From IMG/VR virus record IMGVR_UViG_3300043598_000012, positions 1-64,000 of that record: DNA of 64,000 bases. One strand, given 5' to 3'. The stretch comes from a virus. Each line of letters starts with the position of its first letter. Position 1 is the first letter of the stretch. Shown piece by piece: positions 10,026 to 19,184 of the stretch. Below the pieces are notes generated by a model. The model saw only the letters and a program-made list of their open reading frames with translations, had not been told where the DNA came from and ran no database searches. The translations under genes and the position numbers were made by a program.

Positions 10026-11920
10026 TGGCTCTTGGCACACGATCACTTGGCACACGATCGCTTGGAGATTCTGCTGGTGAAGTGCCTCCGGCCGTCATAA
10101 CTGTTTCTGGTTCGGCCGTGTTGGCTGGTGATTCGACGTTTACTGGGACTTACACACCACCATCGGCAGGCTCTGTTGTCTTCGCTGGCGCCTCTACGAT
10201 CTCAACTAGTGGTACTGTGGTGGTGCATGGCCGAGCTCTTCTGGATGGTCGCAGCAAGTTCATTGCCACCCACCCCTTCATCTACACTTTCGAACCAGAG
10301 ACTCAGAAGACGCAGTACCGTCTTCGCATTGTTGATAAAGAAGGGAACGGGTACGCAGATCTAGACAAGGCGACGATCAAGACCATTGGCTGGGAACTTA
10401 ACGGCATCGGCTCAGTAACATTCTCGGTTCCCACGTTAGATCCCAAGGCCTTGTTCATTAGAGTGCCTGAGCGCGAGGTGCAAGTTTGGAGGGGCGCACA
10501 GCTTATCTGGTGGGGCGTGATGGTTAGAGCTGAGGCCAACGATAATTCGGTTGATGTGCAGTGTAGCAGTTTGGAGTGGTATTTCACAAAGCGGTTCTTC
10601 GGGAAGGTAGACCGCACCAACCACCTCCAGAACCCATCCTTCGAGGAGGGAGCTTCTCACTGGGACATAGACTACCTGACCTATGCGGAGCCTACGGCCA
10701 ACATCAACTACAGCAACTTCGTTTGGTCGATCGTTGATGAACCTGTCGTACTGGGGGGCAAGGCGCTACGCCTCCAGCAGACAGGGACCATCAAGTACGG
10801 CTTCAAGGTGAGCCAGGGGTTCCTCTTCACTCAGGACCCCGCCATTGACCCAGAAGGCACGCAGTGGACCTTCGCTATCTGGGTCTACATACCCAGCGAC
10901 GATTGGGTTGCTGCAAACGAGCAGAGCAGGGGGATCTCGGTAACCCGCTACTCTACTACTCAGTCCGATACTGTGACTCCAGAAGGCGGCGGTACACCCA
11001 GGAACTTTCCCAAGGTGGTGGAGGCTGTAAATGTCTCTATCGACGATGACACCCCAATGGACACTTGGGTGCGGTTCGAGGCAGAGCTCGTTGTGCCCTT
11101 CAAGAACAACGAGCCGGAGCAGATCACCTGTCGTGTGGTCTGCCCTAACGGGACCATCTACCTCGATGCAGCCTCGTTCACTGCGGCAGAGAAGCTCGGC
11201 GCTTATAGCGAGGATCAAACTTCTATCATCAGTCGCATAATTGAGCATGCCCAGGATCCCGATTATGGGAAGTCGGATCTCAACATCAACTACAACCTGC
11301 CGCCCACTGGCATCAAGCGGACCAGGGAGTATTGGCACAGTGAGCATCAGATAATCGGCGATGCCTTGGACGAGTTTTCTACGCTTGAAAATGGCGTCGA
11401 CTTGGAAGTGGTGGTTGGTCCTAACCACCGCATTTACACTTCTTACTTCCCGCGCAAGGGCATCTATAGGCCTGACATAGTGTTGGAGCACGGCCGCAAC
11501 ATCGAGGACTTCACCGTTTACTACGACGGCATTGACACTGCTAATAGCATCGTGGTGTTGGGGGATGGTGAAGGTAGCGACCGCGAAGAGGGTGGTGCCA
11601 TGGATGCCACAGCTCTTGAGGGCGGGCTTATCTTGGAGAAGGTTTACAACGCCACCCCTGGATCACATATACAGACGCTCGACGACCAGGCAGCTAGAGG
11701 ACTTGAACGGTTCAAGTCTCCCTTTGTTGTGCCCAACATCACAACACATGAACATGCCGGTCGTCTTATTGGTGTTCTTGGTACCGGCGACATTGTTTCG
11801 GTGCGAATCAACTACGGGTTTGTTCAGGTGAACGATTTGCATCGCATACATGGGATAACACTGGACCCCAACACGGAGCGGCTGACGTACTCGATCGCGA
11901 AGCTGGAGTTCGAGCTCTGA
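10025..11920 (+). CDS. baseplate hub / Tal-like minor tail protein with inserted carbohydrate-binding module
   Basis: ELNG.G...F and IWWG N-part; NHLQNPSFEEG...YLD insert; ANSIVVLGDGEG. Confidence 0.7.
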   Translation: MALGTRSLGTRSLGDSAGEVPPAVITVSGSAVLAGDSTFTGTYTPPSAGSVVFAGASTISTSGTVVVHGRALLDGRSKFIATHPFIYTFEPETQKTQYRLRIVDKEGNGYADLDKATIKTIGWELNGIGSVTFSVPTLDPKALFIRVPEREVQVWRGAQLIWWGVMVRAEANDNSVDVQCSSLEWYFTKRFFGKVDRTNHLQNPSFEEGASHWDIDYLTYAEPTANINYSNFVWSIVDEPVVLGGKALRLQQTGTIKYGFKVSQGFLFTQDPAIDPEGTQWTFAIWVYIPSDDWVAANEQSRGISVTRYSTTQSDTVTPEGGGTPRNFPKVVEAVNVSIDDDTPMDTWVRFEAELVVPFKNNEPEQITCRVVCPNGTIYLDAASFTAAEKLGAYSEDQTSIISRIIEHAQDPDYGKSDLNINYNLPPTGIKRTREYWHSEHQIIGDALDEFSTLENGVDLEVVVGPNHRIYTSYFPRKGIYRPDIVLEHGRNIEDFTVYYDGIDTANSIVVLGDGEGSDREEGGAMDATALEGGLILEKVYNATPGSHIQTLDDQAARGLERFKSPFVVPNITTHEHAGRLIGVLGTGDIVSVRINYGFVQVNDLHRIHGITLDPNTERLTYSIAKLEFEL

Positions 11921-12357
11921 TGGCTATCAGTCTTGAGGAGAACAACAAGCGAGCACCTTCTCTTGCTGCTGAAATGGCGGAGATCAAGCGTGAGATCCGC
12001 AAGCTTTGGATAGGCGTCAACCGTCGCAATGCCAACACGATCAAGGATGTCCCCTTCGTACTGTCCGGGTTCATCTTCCTCAGCATCTCTCCCAGGTTCT
12101 ACCTGTACGGGGGAGGTCGTCTTAGGAGGTTCTTGGCGTCCATCGACACTCCCGGTACAACCGCTACCGTGTTCACTATCTACAAGAACCTGGATGTGCT
12201 CACAACCATCACGTTGGCTGCTGGAGTCGACAGGGGTATCAAGACCATCGACGAGGCCTTCGTTGAGGACTCTGACTATCTGCGTGTGGGCATCACCACG
12301 GTAGGAGCTGGGGCCAAGGGTGCGGACGTGCAGTGCCGCTTCTTGCTCGGTCGGTAG
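11920..12357 (+). CDS. minor tail protein
   Basis: N-terminal coiled coil, C-terminal D.L.V.IT.VG.GA.G..V.....; end of tail module. Confidence 0.55.
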   Translation: MAISLEENNKRAPSLAAEMAEIKREIRKLWIGVNRRNANTIKDVPFVLSGFIFLSISPRFYLYGGGRLRRFLASIDTPGTTATVFTIYKNLDVLTTITLAAGVDRGIKTIDEAFVEDSDYLRVGITTVGAGAKGADVQCRFLLGR

Positions 12358-12393
12358 AGTGCCTGAGAATGGCTCTAAGGGAAGGAGGATCTC

Positions 12394-12594
12394 ATGGGTA
12401 AGGACAGCACCAAGGACGAGGCTCACCAGCCGCACGTCAAGGAGGTCCAGCTCGACACTGACTTGACGGTCGAGGACGGGTTGGAGGAGCCGGAGGTCCG
12501 CACTGAGGAGGAGATGGCTGAGGCTTGGGCGGGAGCTTGCACCGTCGAGGAAGCAGCCGAGTACCTCGAAGCTCTTGCAGCCAAGGACAAGTAG
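12394..12594 (+). CDS. small acidic hypothetical protein
   Basis: AGGAGG RBS; its TAG directly precedes the endolysin ATG. Confidence 0.6.
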   Translation: MGKDSTKDEAHQPHVKEVQLDTDLTVEDGLEEPEVRTEEEMAEAWAGACTVEEAAEYLEALAAKDK

Positions 12595-13332
12595 ATGGCC
12601 ATCCTCGGAACAACCGCTCTGCGCCGAGCCTGGGATCCGCACTGCAAGCACAAGTGGGAGATGCGGCCTGCCTACGAGGCGCTTGATGCTTGTCTCAAGC
12701 ATTGGGGTTACAAGCCTGGAGCGGGAACGGGGGCTGCCAACTGTCGCCAGATCACCCCTCCCGCATCCGGCTGGAGCCTTCATGCCTTCTTCGCCAAGCT
12801 CGGATCCTTCAAGTTCTGGAATGGGTTCAAGATGGGGGCCATGGCCTTGGCTGTGGACATCAACCCGTCACAGAACCCTTTCGGCAAGACGCTGATCACC
12901 GATATGCACCCAGGCATGATCAGGGACATCTGTGCAGTGCGCACCAACAGCGGCCATCAGGTTTGGCAGTGGGGCGGGTTCTTCAAGCCCTACCACGATG
13001 CCATGCATGATCAGATCTGCTGTACCCCCGATCAGCTAGCCACAGGGATCGATGCCAGCACCCTGCCGGGAGCTAAGCCAGCACCAACACCTCAACCAAC
13101 GCCAGAGCAGCCAGCTCAGAACCAGGAGGACCTTGTCATGATCTTTGCTATCACCGATCTGGATCGATCGTTCGTCGTGATGCCTGATGGGCTCGTGCGT
13201 ATCACCAAGGCCGAGTTCTGGGCGCTGTCCGGTGGTGGGATGAAGGTGATCCCCATGACCGATGCGCTCTTCAAGAAGCTCTATGAGGGCAAGCGGGTGA
13301 AGTCGTTCAACGACGATCCCGTCATGGAGTAG
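12595..13332 (+). CDS. endolysin, peptidase M15 family
   Basis: SLHA...AVDINP..N, WQWGG.F, DAMH zinc motifs; Pro-rich linker to a C-terminal domain. Confidence 0.85.
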   Translation: MAILGTTALRRAWDPHCKHKWEMRPAYEALDACLKHWGYKPGAGTGAANCRQITPPASGWSLHAFFAKLGSFKFWNGFKMGAMALAVDINPSQNPFGKTLITDMHPGMIRDICAVRTNSGHQVWQWGGFFKPYHDAMHDQICCTPDQLATGIDASTLPGAKPAPTPQPTPEQPAQNQEDLVMIFAITDLDRSFVVMPDGLVRITKAEFWALSGGGMKVIPMTDALFKKLYEGKRVKSFNDDPVME

Positions 13333-13372
13333 GTCAGACAACAACCTTTGATCAGGAAGCTTTGAGCCTCAG

Positions 13373-13747
13373 ATGATCCAGTCCATCCTCATTGCTATAG
13401 GCGGCTTGTTCACCGCGGTTTCTGCGGTGATGGGTTCTTACGCCCTGATTCAAGCTCGACGTACAGAGCGTCGCTCAGCCACCAAAGAAGAGACAGCCCA
13501 AGCCTTCGAGCTTCAGCAGAAGTCGATGGAGAATGTAGAGAAAGACAACGTTCGCCTCAGAGAACGTAGCGATCAGTTGCATGACCAGTTTGCTGATTTG
13601 GCGCTGAAGATCCATGATGTTGAGTACAAGCACCGAAAGTGTGAGCGTTCTTTGGAGGAGCAGAGCGCCAGACACCAAACGGAGATGGACAACTTGTTCA
13701 CGAGGCTTCGACATGCTGAGGCCAAGATATCCGAACTGGGAGGGTGA
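13373..13747 (+). CDS. lysis-cassette membrane protein with coiled coil
   Basis: One N-terminal TM helix plus long coiled coil, right after the endolysin. Confidence 0.55.
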   Translation: MIQSILIAIGGLFTAVSAVMGSYALIQARRTERRSATKEETAQAFELQQKSMENVEKDNVRLRERSDQLHDQFADLALKIHDVEYKHRKCERSLEEQSARHQTEMDNLFTRLRHAEAKISELGG

Positions 13748-13748
13748 G

Positions 13749-14150
13749 ATGAAGCCGCACAGGGATAGCCTCAGTTGGTGGAAGCGACCTGCTTATGTGA
13801 CAGCTTCTGCTGGGCTGGTTCTTTCGCTGGCGTTCAGTGCCTTTGTGGCCAACACCATCCTTACAAGGGATGACGTTTCAGATCTCACAACCGTGGTTGG
13901 ACAGCTGCAAGATCTGGCTGCTGCCAATGCCAAGGCCATCAAGGGGATTGAGGACAATCAGGCGGGCATCAACGAGCTCGTCGACTTCGTGCGCGACATG
14001 CAGAATCAACCGGACTCTGGTGTTGATGTCCAGCTGTTCATCGACTTGCTGTGCGCATCAGAGGATCCGGTTCGTAGAAACGCCTGCATCGAGCTTGGCT
14101 ACACGCCAGGAGAGGTCCACCGTTCGCCCAACGCAGGGCCATCGGGGTAG
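13749..14150 (+). CDS. lysis-cassette membrane protein
   Basis: TM segment, coiled coil, C-terminal Cys pair. Confidence 0.5.
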   Translation: MKPHRDSLSWWKRPAYVTASAGLVLSLAFSAFVANTILTRDDVSDLTTVVGQLQDLAAANAKAIKGIEDNQAGINELVDFVRDMQNQPDSGVDVQLFIDLLCASEDPVRRNACIELGYTPGEVHRSPNAGPSG

Positions 14151-14226
14151 CGAGGTCCCGCCAAGCCTCCTTCAGAGCTCCTTGGCTGCGGCTCTGTCGG
14201 TTCCTCCGGCAAGGCGGGACCTCGCT
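14149..14226. terminator. long structured hairpin between convergent genes
   Basis: 14-bp perfect IR AGCGAGGTCCCGCC/GGCGGGACCTCGCT; inner CAGAGC/GCTCTG stem. Confidence 0.6.
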
Positions 14227-14230
14227 CCAC

Positions 14231-14449
14231 CTACCTCCTACGTAGGACCTCTGTGATCTGTGAGGGGCTCCAGAGCGCCCAGCCATGACCGGTGTGGGAG
14301 GCTGGCTCCGGGACCTTACCGTTGCTCCTCCAGCGGCTGAAGGTGCGCATACTGATCCCCAGTGTGGAGGCGAACTCTCCCGAAGTGGCGTAGCTGATGT
14401 GTTCACCCTTCTCCTTGTCACGGTTGGCTGACCTGCCGGGAGTTGCCAC
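14231..14449 (-). CDS. MerR/excisionase-like HTH protein
   Basis: TSGEFA..LGIS.RT..RW...GKVPEP...W pattern. Confidence 0.75.
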   Translation of the reverse strand: MATPGRSANRDKEKGEHISYATSGEFASTLGISMRTFSRWRSNGKVPEPASHTGHGWALWSPSQITEVLRRR

Positions 14450-14451
14450 AA

Positions 14452-14853
14452 CTACTCCTTGAGGGTGATGGTGACGTAGGGAGTCCGTGGGACTATCTTG
14501 CTGTTGCGATCGATTACCCGCTTGGGGATCGTGCCCTTCTGCACCTCTGTCAGCAGAGCGGTGAAGTCGAGCGACACCGTGGTGCGGGTTATCCTCGCGT
14601 AGAGCTCGGGATCCTTGCGCTTGACAGCTCGGAGGATGGCGTCCTCGTCGTACTCAGTGCCTTCGGGGGTGGCTAGGCTGACTCGTACGAGGTCTTCTTC
14701 TACTCGTTGTTCGATGGCCTTCGTTCCGCTGGAGACCATGGCCTTGGTTACTTCGTCTCGGGCGCGCTTCGCCTTTGCAGCGATGGCATCAGCTTGAAGT
14801 TGGAGGTGCTTGGCCAGGCGCGCCTTCTTGGCGATGAACTCTTGTGAGGGCAT
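14452..14853 (-). CDS. hypothetical protein
   Basis: Coding-like bias; leaderless TAGAAT-N6-ATG. Confidence 0.65.
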   Translation of the reverse strand: MPSQEFIAKKARLAKHLQLQADAIAAKAKRARDEVTKAMVSSGTKAIEQRVEEDLVRVSLATPEGTEYDEDAILRAVKRKDPELYARITRTTVSLDFTALLTEVQKGTIPKRVIDRNSKIVPRTPYVTITLKE

Positions 14854-14886
14854 ACCCTGATTCTACGGCGGACGTATACTCTAGGC
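14854..14886. promoter_or_regulatory. back-to-back leaderless promoters
   Basis: CG-TATACT-N6-ATG14887 on + and CG-TAGAAT-N6-ATG14853 on -. Confidence 0.7.
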
Positions 14887-15123
14887 ATGACCCAGGGATC
14901 CACTCGCAACAGCCCCACCCGCATGGCCAATCGCATGGTGAAGGAGGCGCACACCAGGGACAAGCCCAAGAGGCGCCGAGCCAATCGCAACACCGAGCTT
15001 CAGCGCTGGGATCTTGAAGGCATGAGGAAGGGTGCTCTCACCGAGCTCTGCCTCGCACGGGGCATTCCCACCAATCCCAAGCTCCGCAAGAAGGATCTCA
15101 TCGAGATGCTAGTGGGCCGCTGA
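14887..15123 (+). CDS. basic protein with Rho-N/SAP-like domain
   Basis: LEGMRKGALTELC..RGI......RKKDLIEML. Confidence 0.6.
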   Translation: MTQGSTRNSPTRMANRMVKEAHTRDKPKRRRANRNTELQRWDLEGMRKGALTELCLARGIPTNPKLRKKDLIEMLVGR

Positions 15124-15254
15124 TGCTGGTGTTCTTCATCATCGTAGGAGGGGTAGCCCTATTGCTCTTCGTTCTGATGACGGCACTCCTTCCCAAGAAC
15201 CAGACCTACGAGTTCGAGGTCAGCAAGCGGAAGCGACGTCGTGGCACTTCATAG
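15123..15254 (+). CDS. small membrane protein (43 aa)
   Basis: Hand-translated MLVFFIIVGGVALLLFVLMTALL...KRKRRR; TGATG coupling. Confidence 0.55.
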   Translation: MLVFFIIVGGVALLLFVLMTALLPKNQTYEFEVSKRKRRRGTS

Positions 15255-15261
15255 CGCTGAG

Positions 15262-15396
15262 GTGATAGAGGCAGCAGCAGTGGTCAAGTGCCTCGACTGC
15301 CGGATGAAGGACGAGGGTGCCGTTTTCATCAGCGAAGAAACGGGTGAGCCTGAGTGTCCCAACTGTTGCAGTGACCGGCTGGCTGTCTCCTCGTAG
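15262..15396 (+). CDS. small zinc-ribbon protein (44 aa)
   Basis: Hand-translated CLDC...CPNC. Confidence 0.5.
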   Translation: MIEAAAVVKCLDCRMKDEGAVFISEETGEPECPNCCSDRLAVSS

Positions 15397-15433
15397 CATC
15401 ACCTGAGCCAGCTCCCACCAACAGAGGACACAG

Positions 15434-16753
15434 GTGCCCACACTCGACGAGACTGCCATCGCCTACGCTTGCACTCGCAAGAACGGGTTCAACAAGCTGA
15501 GGCGTAGCGGAATCACCGAGGAGCACTTTGTAGACGACTTCTCACCCGTCTGGCGGTTCCTCACCAAGACCAAGTCACAGCATGATGCTGTGCCGAGCCC
15601 TGACCTCGTGCGACAGCGGTTCCCGGATCTGGACTTCCCCATGGTCCGGAACACGGACATGCCTATGGTCGTCAACCAGATCAAGCAGCGACACAAGTAC
15701 ATCCAGCTGCTCCGGCTTCTGAATGACACGGCCATCGGGGCCAACTCGTGGGAGACGGTAGACGAGGACATCCAGTCGCTTCAGGGGTCACTCAACAGCA
15801 TCGCTTTCCGGAGCGCCACGGGCACCCACCTAATCGACCTCTTCACCCCGGACGCTCAGAGGAAGGTCATCGCCGAGCTCCACCGTCGACGTAGCGGTCG
15901 AGTCACTGGCATGCCCACTGGATTGCGGAGGTTGGACGCGGTCACAGGTGGGCTCCAGCGACAGAAGATGTCAGTGGTTATTGGCAGGACGGGCGGAGGC
16001 AAGAGCTGGCTGAACCTCTTCTTCGTGGCCAACGCCATCAAGAGCGGGCACACCTTCATCCTCTACCCGTTGGAGATGACCCTCTACGACACAGCCTTCC
16101 GGCTCTACACGATCTTCAGCCACCAGATGTTCGGTGCGGATAAGGCCATCAGTAACCTTGACCTGATGCATGGCAAGGTGACTAAGGCCAAGATCGTGCG
16201 GCTCATGCACTTGCTGGAGGACCGCTTCGCTGGGCGGCTGCTCGTTGCTGACGTGGGGTCTCTTAGCGACCCCTACACCATCGAGAGAATCGACGCAGAG
16301 GTCGAGCTCCATCGCCCGGACGGGTTCTGGGTAGACTACATCACCCTGATGAAGGCGCCAGGAGGTAAGGGGATAGATGACTGGGGAGCCATCCGGGTCC
16401 TCTCGCAGGGCATCAAGGGCATCTCGATGCGACGCAACACGATGGGGGGATGCAGTGCTCAGGTCAACCGAGAGGCTCTTCGGCAGAAGGTGTTCCTTCC
16501 TCGACTTGAGCACATCTCCTACGGCGACTCCATTGGTCAGGACTCTGATCTTGTTGTCAGCATCAATCGTCCTGCGAACGACCCACATCTCTACTACGCT
16601 CTTGTTAAGCATCGTGGGGGACCAGAATTCGGTAAGACAAGAGTCAAGTGGGACGTCGACAGCGGCGACATCGGAGAGACCGCCCACCAAGACCCCGATG
16701 GCAGTGATGAGGGAGGCGTCGATGGCGTCCAAGTCGAGACGAGCATTAGCTAA
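15434..16753 (+). CDS. dnaB: DnaB-like replicative helicase
   Basis: PTG...LD..TGG, Walker A GRTGGGKS, LEM, VDY, AQVNR, SIGQDSD, KHRGG. Confidence 0.92.
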   Translation: MPTLDETAIAYACTRKNGFNKLRRSGITEEHFVDDFSPVWRFLTKTKSQHDAVPSPDLVRQRFPDLDFPMVRNTDMPMVVNQIKQRHKYIQLLRLLNDTAIGANSWETVDEDIQSLQGSLNSIAFRSATGTHLIDLFTPDAQRKVIAELHRRRSGRVTGMPTGLRRLDAVTGGLQRQKMSVVIGRTGGGKSWLNLFFVANAIKSGHTFILYPLEMTLYDTAFRLYTIFSHQMFGADKAISNLDLMHGKVTKAKIVRLMHLLEDRFAGRLLVADVGSLSDPYTIERIDAEVELHRPDGFWVDYITLMKAPGGKGIDDWGAIRVLSQGIKGISMRRNTMGGCSAQVNREALRQKVFLPRLEHISYGDSIGQDSDLVVSINRPANDPHLYYALVKHRGGPEFGKTRVKWDVDSGDIGETAHQDPDGSDEGGVDGVQVETSIS

Positions 16754-17027
16754 GAAGGAGATCGAGGAGCACTTCGCCAAGTTGCGTTATCACTACGGCT
16801 CCGAGGGTGCCTCCTGGCTGATGCTCATGCTCAACGACTACGTCGACGAGCACTCGCTTACTGTGGCGCAGGCGCTGTTCGCGGTCGACCTGTGGGCTCG
16901 TACCTCCCAGCTCATCTACGACGAGCAGGGGTTCGAACGTCTGAGGGAGTGCCAGCAGCTGGCCATGGCTTCTAGCCACCCGCATGCCGAGCTCCGTCAG
17001 ATGTACTTGGCGATGGTGTCGGGCTGA
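16722..17027 (+). CDS. hypothetical protein
   Basis: ATG after GGGAGG; coding-like. Confidence 0.55.
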   Translation: MASKSRRALAKKEIEEHFAKLRYHYGSEGASWLMLMLNDYVDEHSLTVAQALFAVDLWARTSQLIYDEQGFERLRECQQLAMASSHPHAELRQMYLAMVSG

Positions 17028-17153
17028 TGCGTGAATCAGAGTTCGTGCGCAGGTTGGACGAAGTCATCAGACAGATTGCAGTGGATATCGGCTGTAAGAC
17101 TGGAGACATGCCTCCCGACCTCAATCCGTTCCCTCGTTTGAACTGGCGATACC

Positions 17154-17336
17154 GTGCACGCTGACAACCCACACCTGTCGATAGATGACCTGGAGCGGAT
17201 GCGAGAGAAGTATGTAAAGGCTGGTAGGACAGCCTGGTTTGAGGGCCTCTACCCAGACGAGTTTGAAGAGGCGGAGCGTTTGTTGAACGAGTTGCCCGCC
17301 AACCACCCTCTTAGCAAGATCACACGCAGATGCTAG
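17154..17336 (+). CDS. hypothetical protein
   Basis: Overlaps primase start. Confidence 0.45.
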   Translation: MHADNPHLSIDDLERMREKYVKAGRTAWFEGLYPDEFEEAERLLNELPANHPLSKITRRC

Positions 17337-18340
17337 CCGAAGAACTCGGCATAACAAGCGTGGAAGATGTATTAGAACGACGGCTTGGGCTAGACGGTCT
17401 ACGACAGGGTCGTGAGTACCAAATTTATTGCCCGAACCCCAATCACGAGGACCACAATCTGGGCAGCTGCTCCGTCAACCTCACTACGGGGCTCTGGAAG
17501 TGTTGGGCATGCGGAGCGCACGGAGACCTCATTCGGCTTGTCTCGCTCTCCCAGGGCATCGCTACCCTGGAGGCCAAGCGAGCTCTACAGCCGAACACGA
17601 GGGAGGCTCTAGCTGCCTCGACTAGCTACAAGTTGAGTCAGGCGCTGGCTTCTGCTAGGCCGAGCAAGCATGCGCGCGCGTTGGGCGGACCCTACGAGAG
17701 CGGTCCTCTGACGGAGCTCCGCAACAGAGGGTTCTCCGCAGAGACGCTCAAGCGGTGGGGGGTGCGTTGGGTGGCGGAAGAGCAGCTCGCCAAGAAGGAT
17801 CCCAAGCCGGACGAGCTTCCGACCTACACTATCCGTCAGTGCTACGCCATCCCTGTAGAGGACGAGCACAGCCAGCTCCTCTCTTGGTGTTATCGGCGGA
17901 CAGGTGATTCGCCCAACTGGCAGCCACGGTACCTCTACTCCACCCACGCTGACATCGGGGCTATGTGGTTCGGGCTCCGCCACCACGCCAACGAGCGAGC
18001 CGTCTACGTGGTCGAGGGGGCTCTCGACGCCATGTGGCTGGACCAGGCGGGGCTGCCAGCTCTGGCGATGCTCGGCGCCGGTCTCAGCGACCAGAAGGTG
18101 CGCAGGTTGCTCCGCTATCGAGAGGTCACGGTGTTCGCCGATCGGGACAACGGCGGGCTTCAAGCTCTTCTCACCCTAGGTCGAGTGCTGGGAGGCAACC
18201 TACGTCTAAGGGTAGCCCGGTACCCAAGCTGGTACTCCAAGGACGGCAAGGTTGACCCGCAGAACGTTCACCCAGTAGATCTCGAGATCGCGGCGCACCG
18301 AGCTCTACCGTGGCAAGTCTTCCTACGAGCCTTCGCTTGA
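17330..18340 (+). CDS. dnaG: DNA primase (CHC2 zinc finger + TOPRIM)
   Basis: CP...H...CWACG..GD; VVEG.LDA; FADRD.GG. Confidence 0.92.
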   Translation: MLAEELGITSVEDVLERRLGLDGLRQGREYQIYCPNPNHEDHNLGSCSVNLTTGLWKCWACGAHGDLIRLVSLSQGIATLEAKRALQPNTREALAASTSYKLSQALASARPSKHARALGGPYESGPLTELRNRGFSAETLKRWGVRWVAEEQLAKKDPKPDELPTYTIRQCYAIPVEDEHSQLLSWCYRRTGDSPNWQPRYLYSTHADIGAMWFGLRHHANERAVYVVEGALDAMWLDQAGLPALAMLGAGLSDQKVRRLLRYREVTVFADRDNGGLQALLTLGRVLGGNLRLRVARYPSWYSKDGKVDPQNVHPVDLEIAAHRALPWQVFLRAFA

Positions 18341-18401
18341 GGTAGCAGATTTTTTCTACGAATCACGTGCCTTCTGTTGGCGTCTGTGCTAAGATGCTCG
18401 T
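18341..18401 (+). promoter_or_regulatory. class I promoter, copy 1
   Basis: GGTAG18341, CACGTGC18364, TAAGAT18390, ATG18402. Confidence 0.8.
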
Positions 18402-18704
18402 ATGACCACCACTAACGAGTGCCTCCACGGAGGCTACCACCAGCCAGGGCAGTGCCCGGAGGCCAATGTCTTCGAGCGAGAGGCCTTCTACGACGAGCTC
18501 TACGAGCGGCAGGTGATGTCGGTCCTCGACCATGCCGAGACCATCGACGATTCCCGCACGCTCGCCGACCTGGACTTCGAGCCCCGCACCGTTGAGATCT
18601 GTCCAGACTGTGGCTCTGGTCACACCACTGAGTCTCGCATCTGGCGTGATGGCGAGCCGACCAACTTCTGCTGCACCGAATGCGGAGCGAGGTGGACGCT
18701 GTGA
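18402..18704 (+). CDS. zinc-ribbon hypothetical protein
   Basis: CPDCGS...CTECG..W; leaderless start. Confidence 0.65.
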   Translation: MTTTNECLHGGYHQPGQCPEANVFEREAFYDELYERQVMSVLDHAETIDDSRTLADLDFEPRTVEICPDCGSGHTTESRIWRDGEPTNFCCTECGARWTL

Positions 18705-19111
18705 ACATCATCGACAAGCTCGCAGAGCAGGGCATCGATCGAGAGCGGTTGGAGCGGGTGATGAAGCCCAAGGCAGAGAACTGGGGTCACCTCGTCTATG
18801 CCTTCGAAGTGGTCACTGTGTTGGGAACGGTCCTCGACGCCATGCAAGAGGAGGTTCGCTGGCCTGACGTTGCTGACGAGCTCTATGACGCTCTTCAAGA
18901 CGCTGCTGATGACAACAGCAATTGGTTGGAGCGTACCTACAGAGAGATCGAGGTCGCTTACTCCCGAGCATCTGTTGATGCTCTCAGCAAGATCTTCAAG
19001 CACTTGCGTGACCTTGATCAGCGTGGCCGCGATGAGGTGACTCGGGACGGTTGCCGTCGGGCCATGGCCATAGTCGAGCGACTTCGATCTGCAACGGCAG
19101 CGGGCAGTTAG
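18701..19111 (+). CDS. hypothetical protein
   Basis: GTGA coupling. Confidence 0.55.
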   Translation: MNIIDKLAEQGIDRERLERVMKPKAENWGHLVYAFEVVTVLGTVLDAMQEEVRWPDVADELYDALQDAADDNSNWLERTYREIEVAYSRASVDALSKIFKHLRDLDQRGRDEVTRDGCRRAMAIVERLRSATAAGS

Positions 19112-19184
19112 CATCTGTGCGCAGCTCAACCAGCTCAGCCAAGATGAACCAGCACACCACCAACCATGTAGAAGCAGGAGACCG

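Noticed and set aside
7135-11920. Diversity-generating retroelement acting on tail genes
   Set aside because: No reverse transcriptase and no template/variable repeat pair seen
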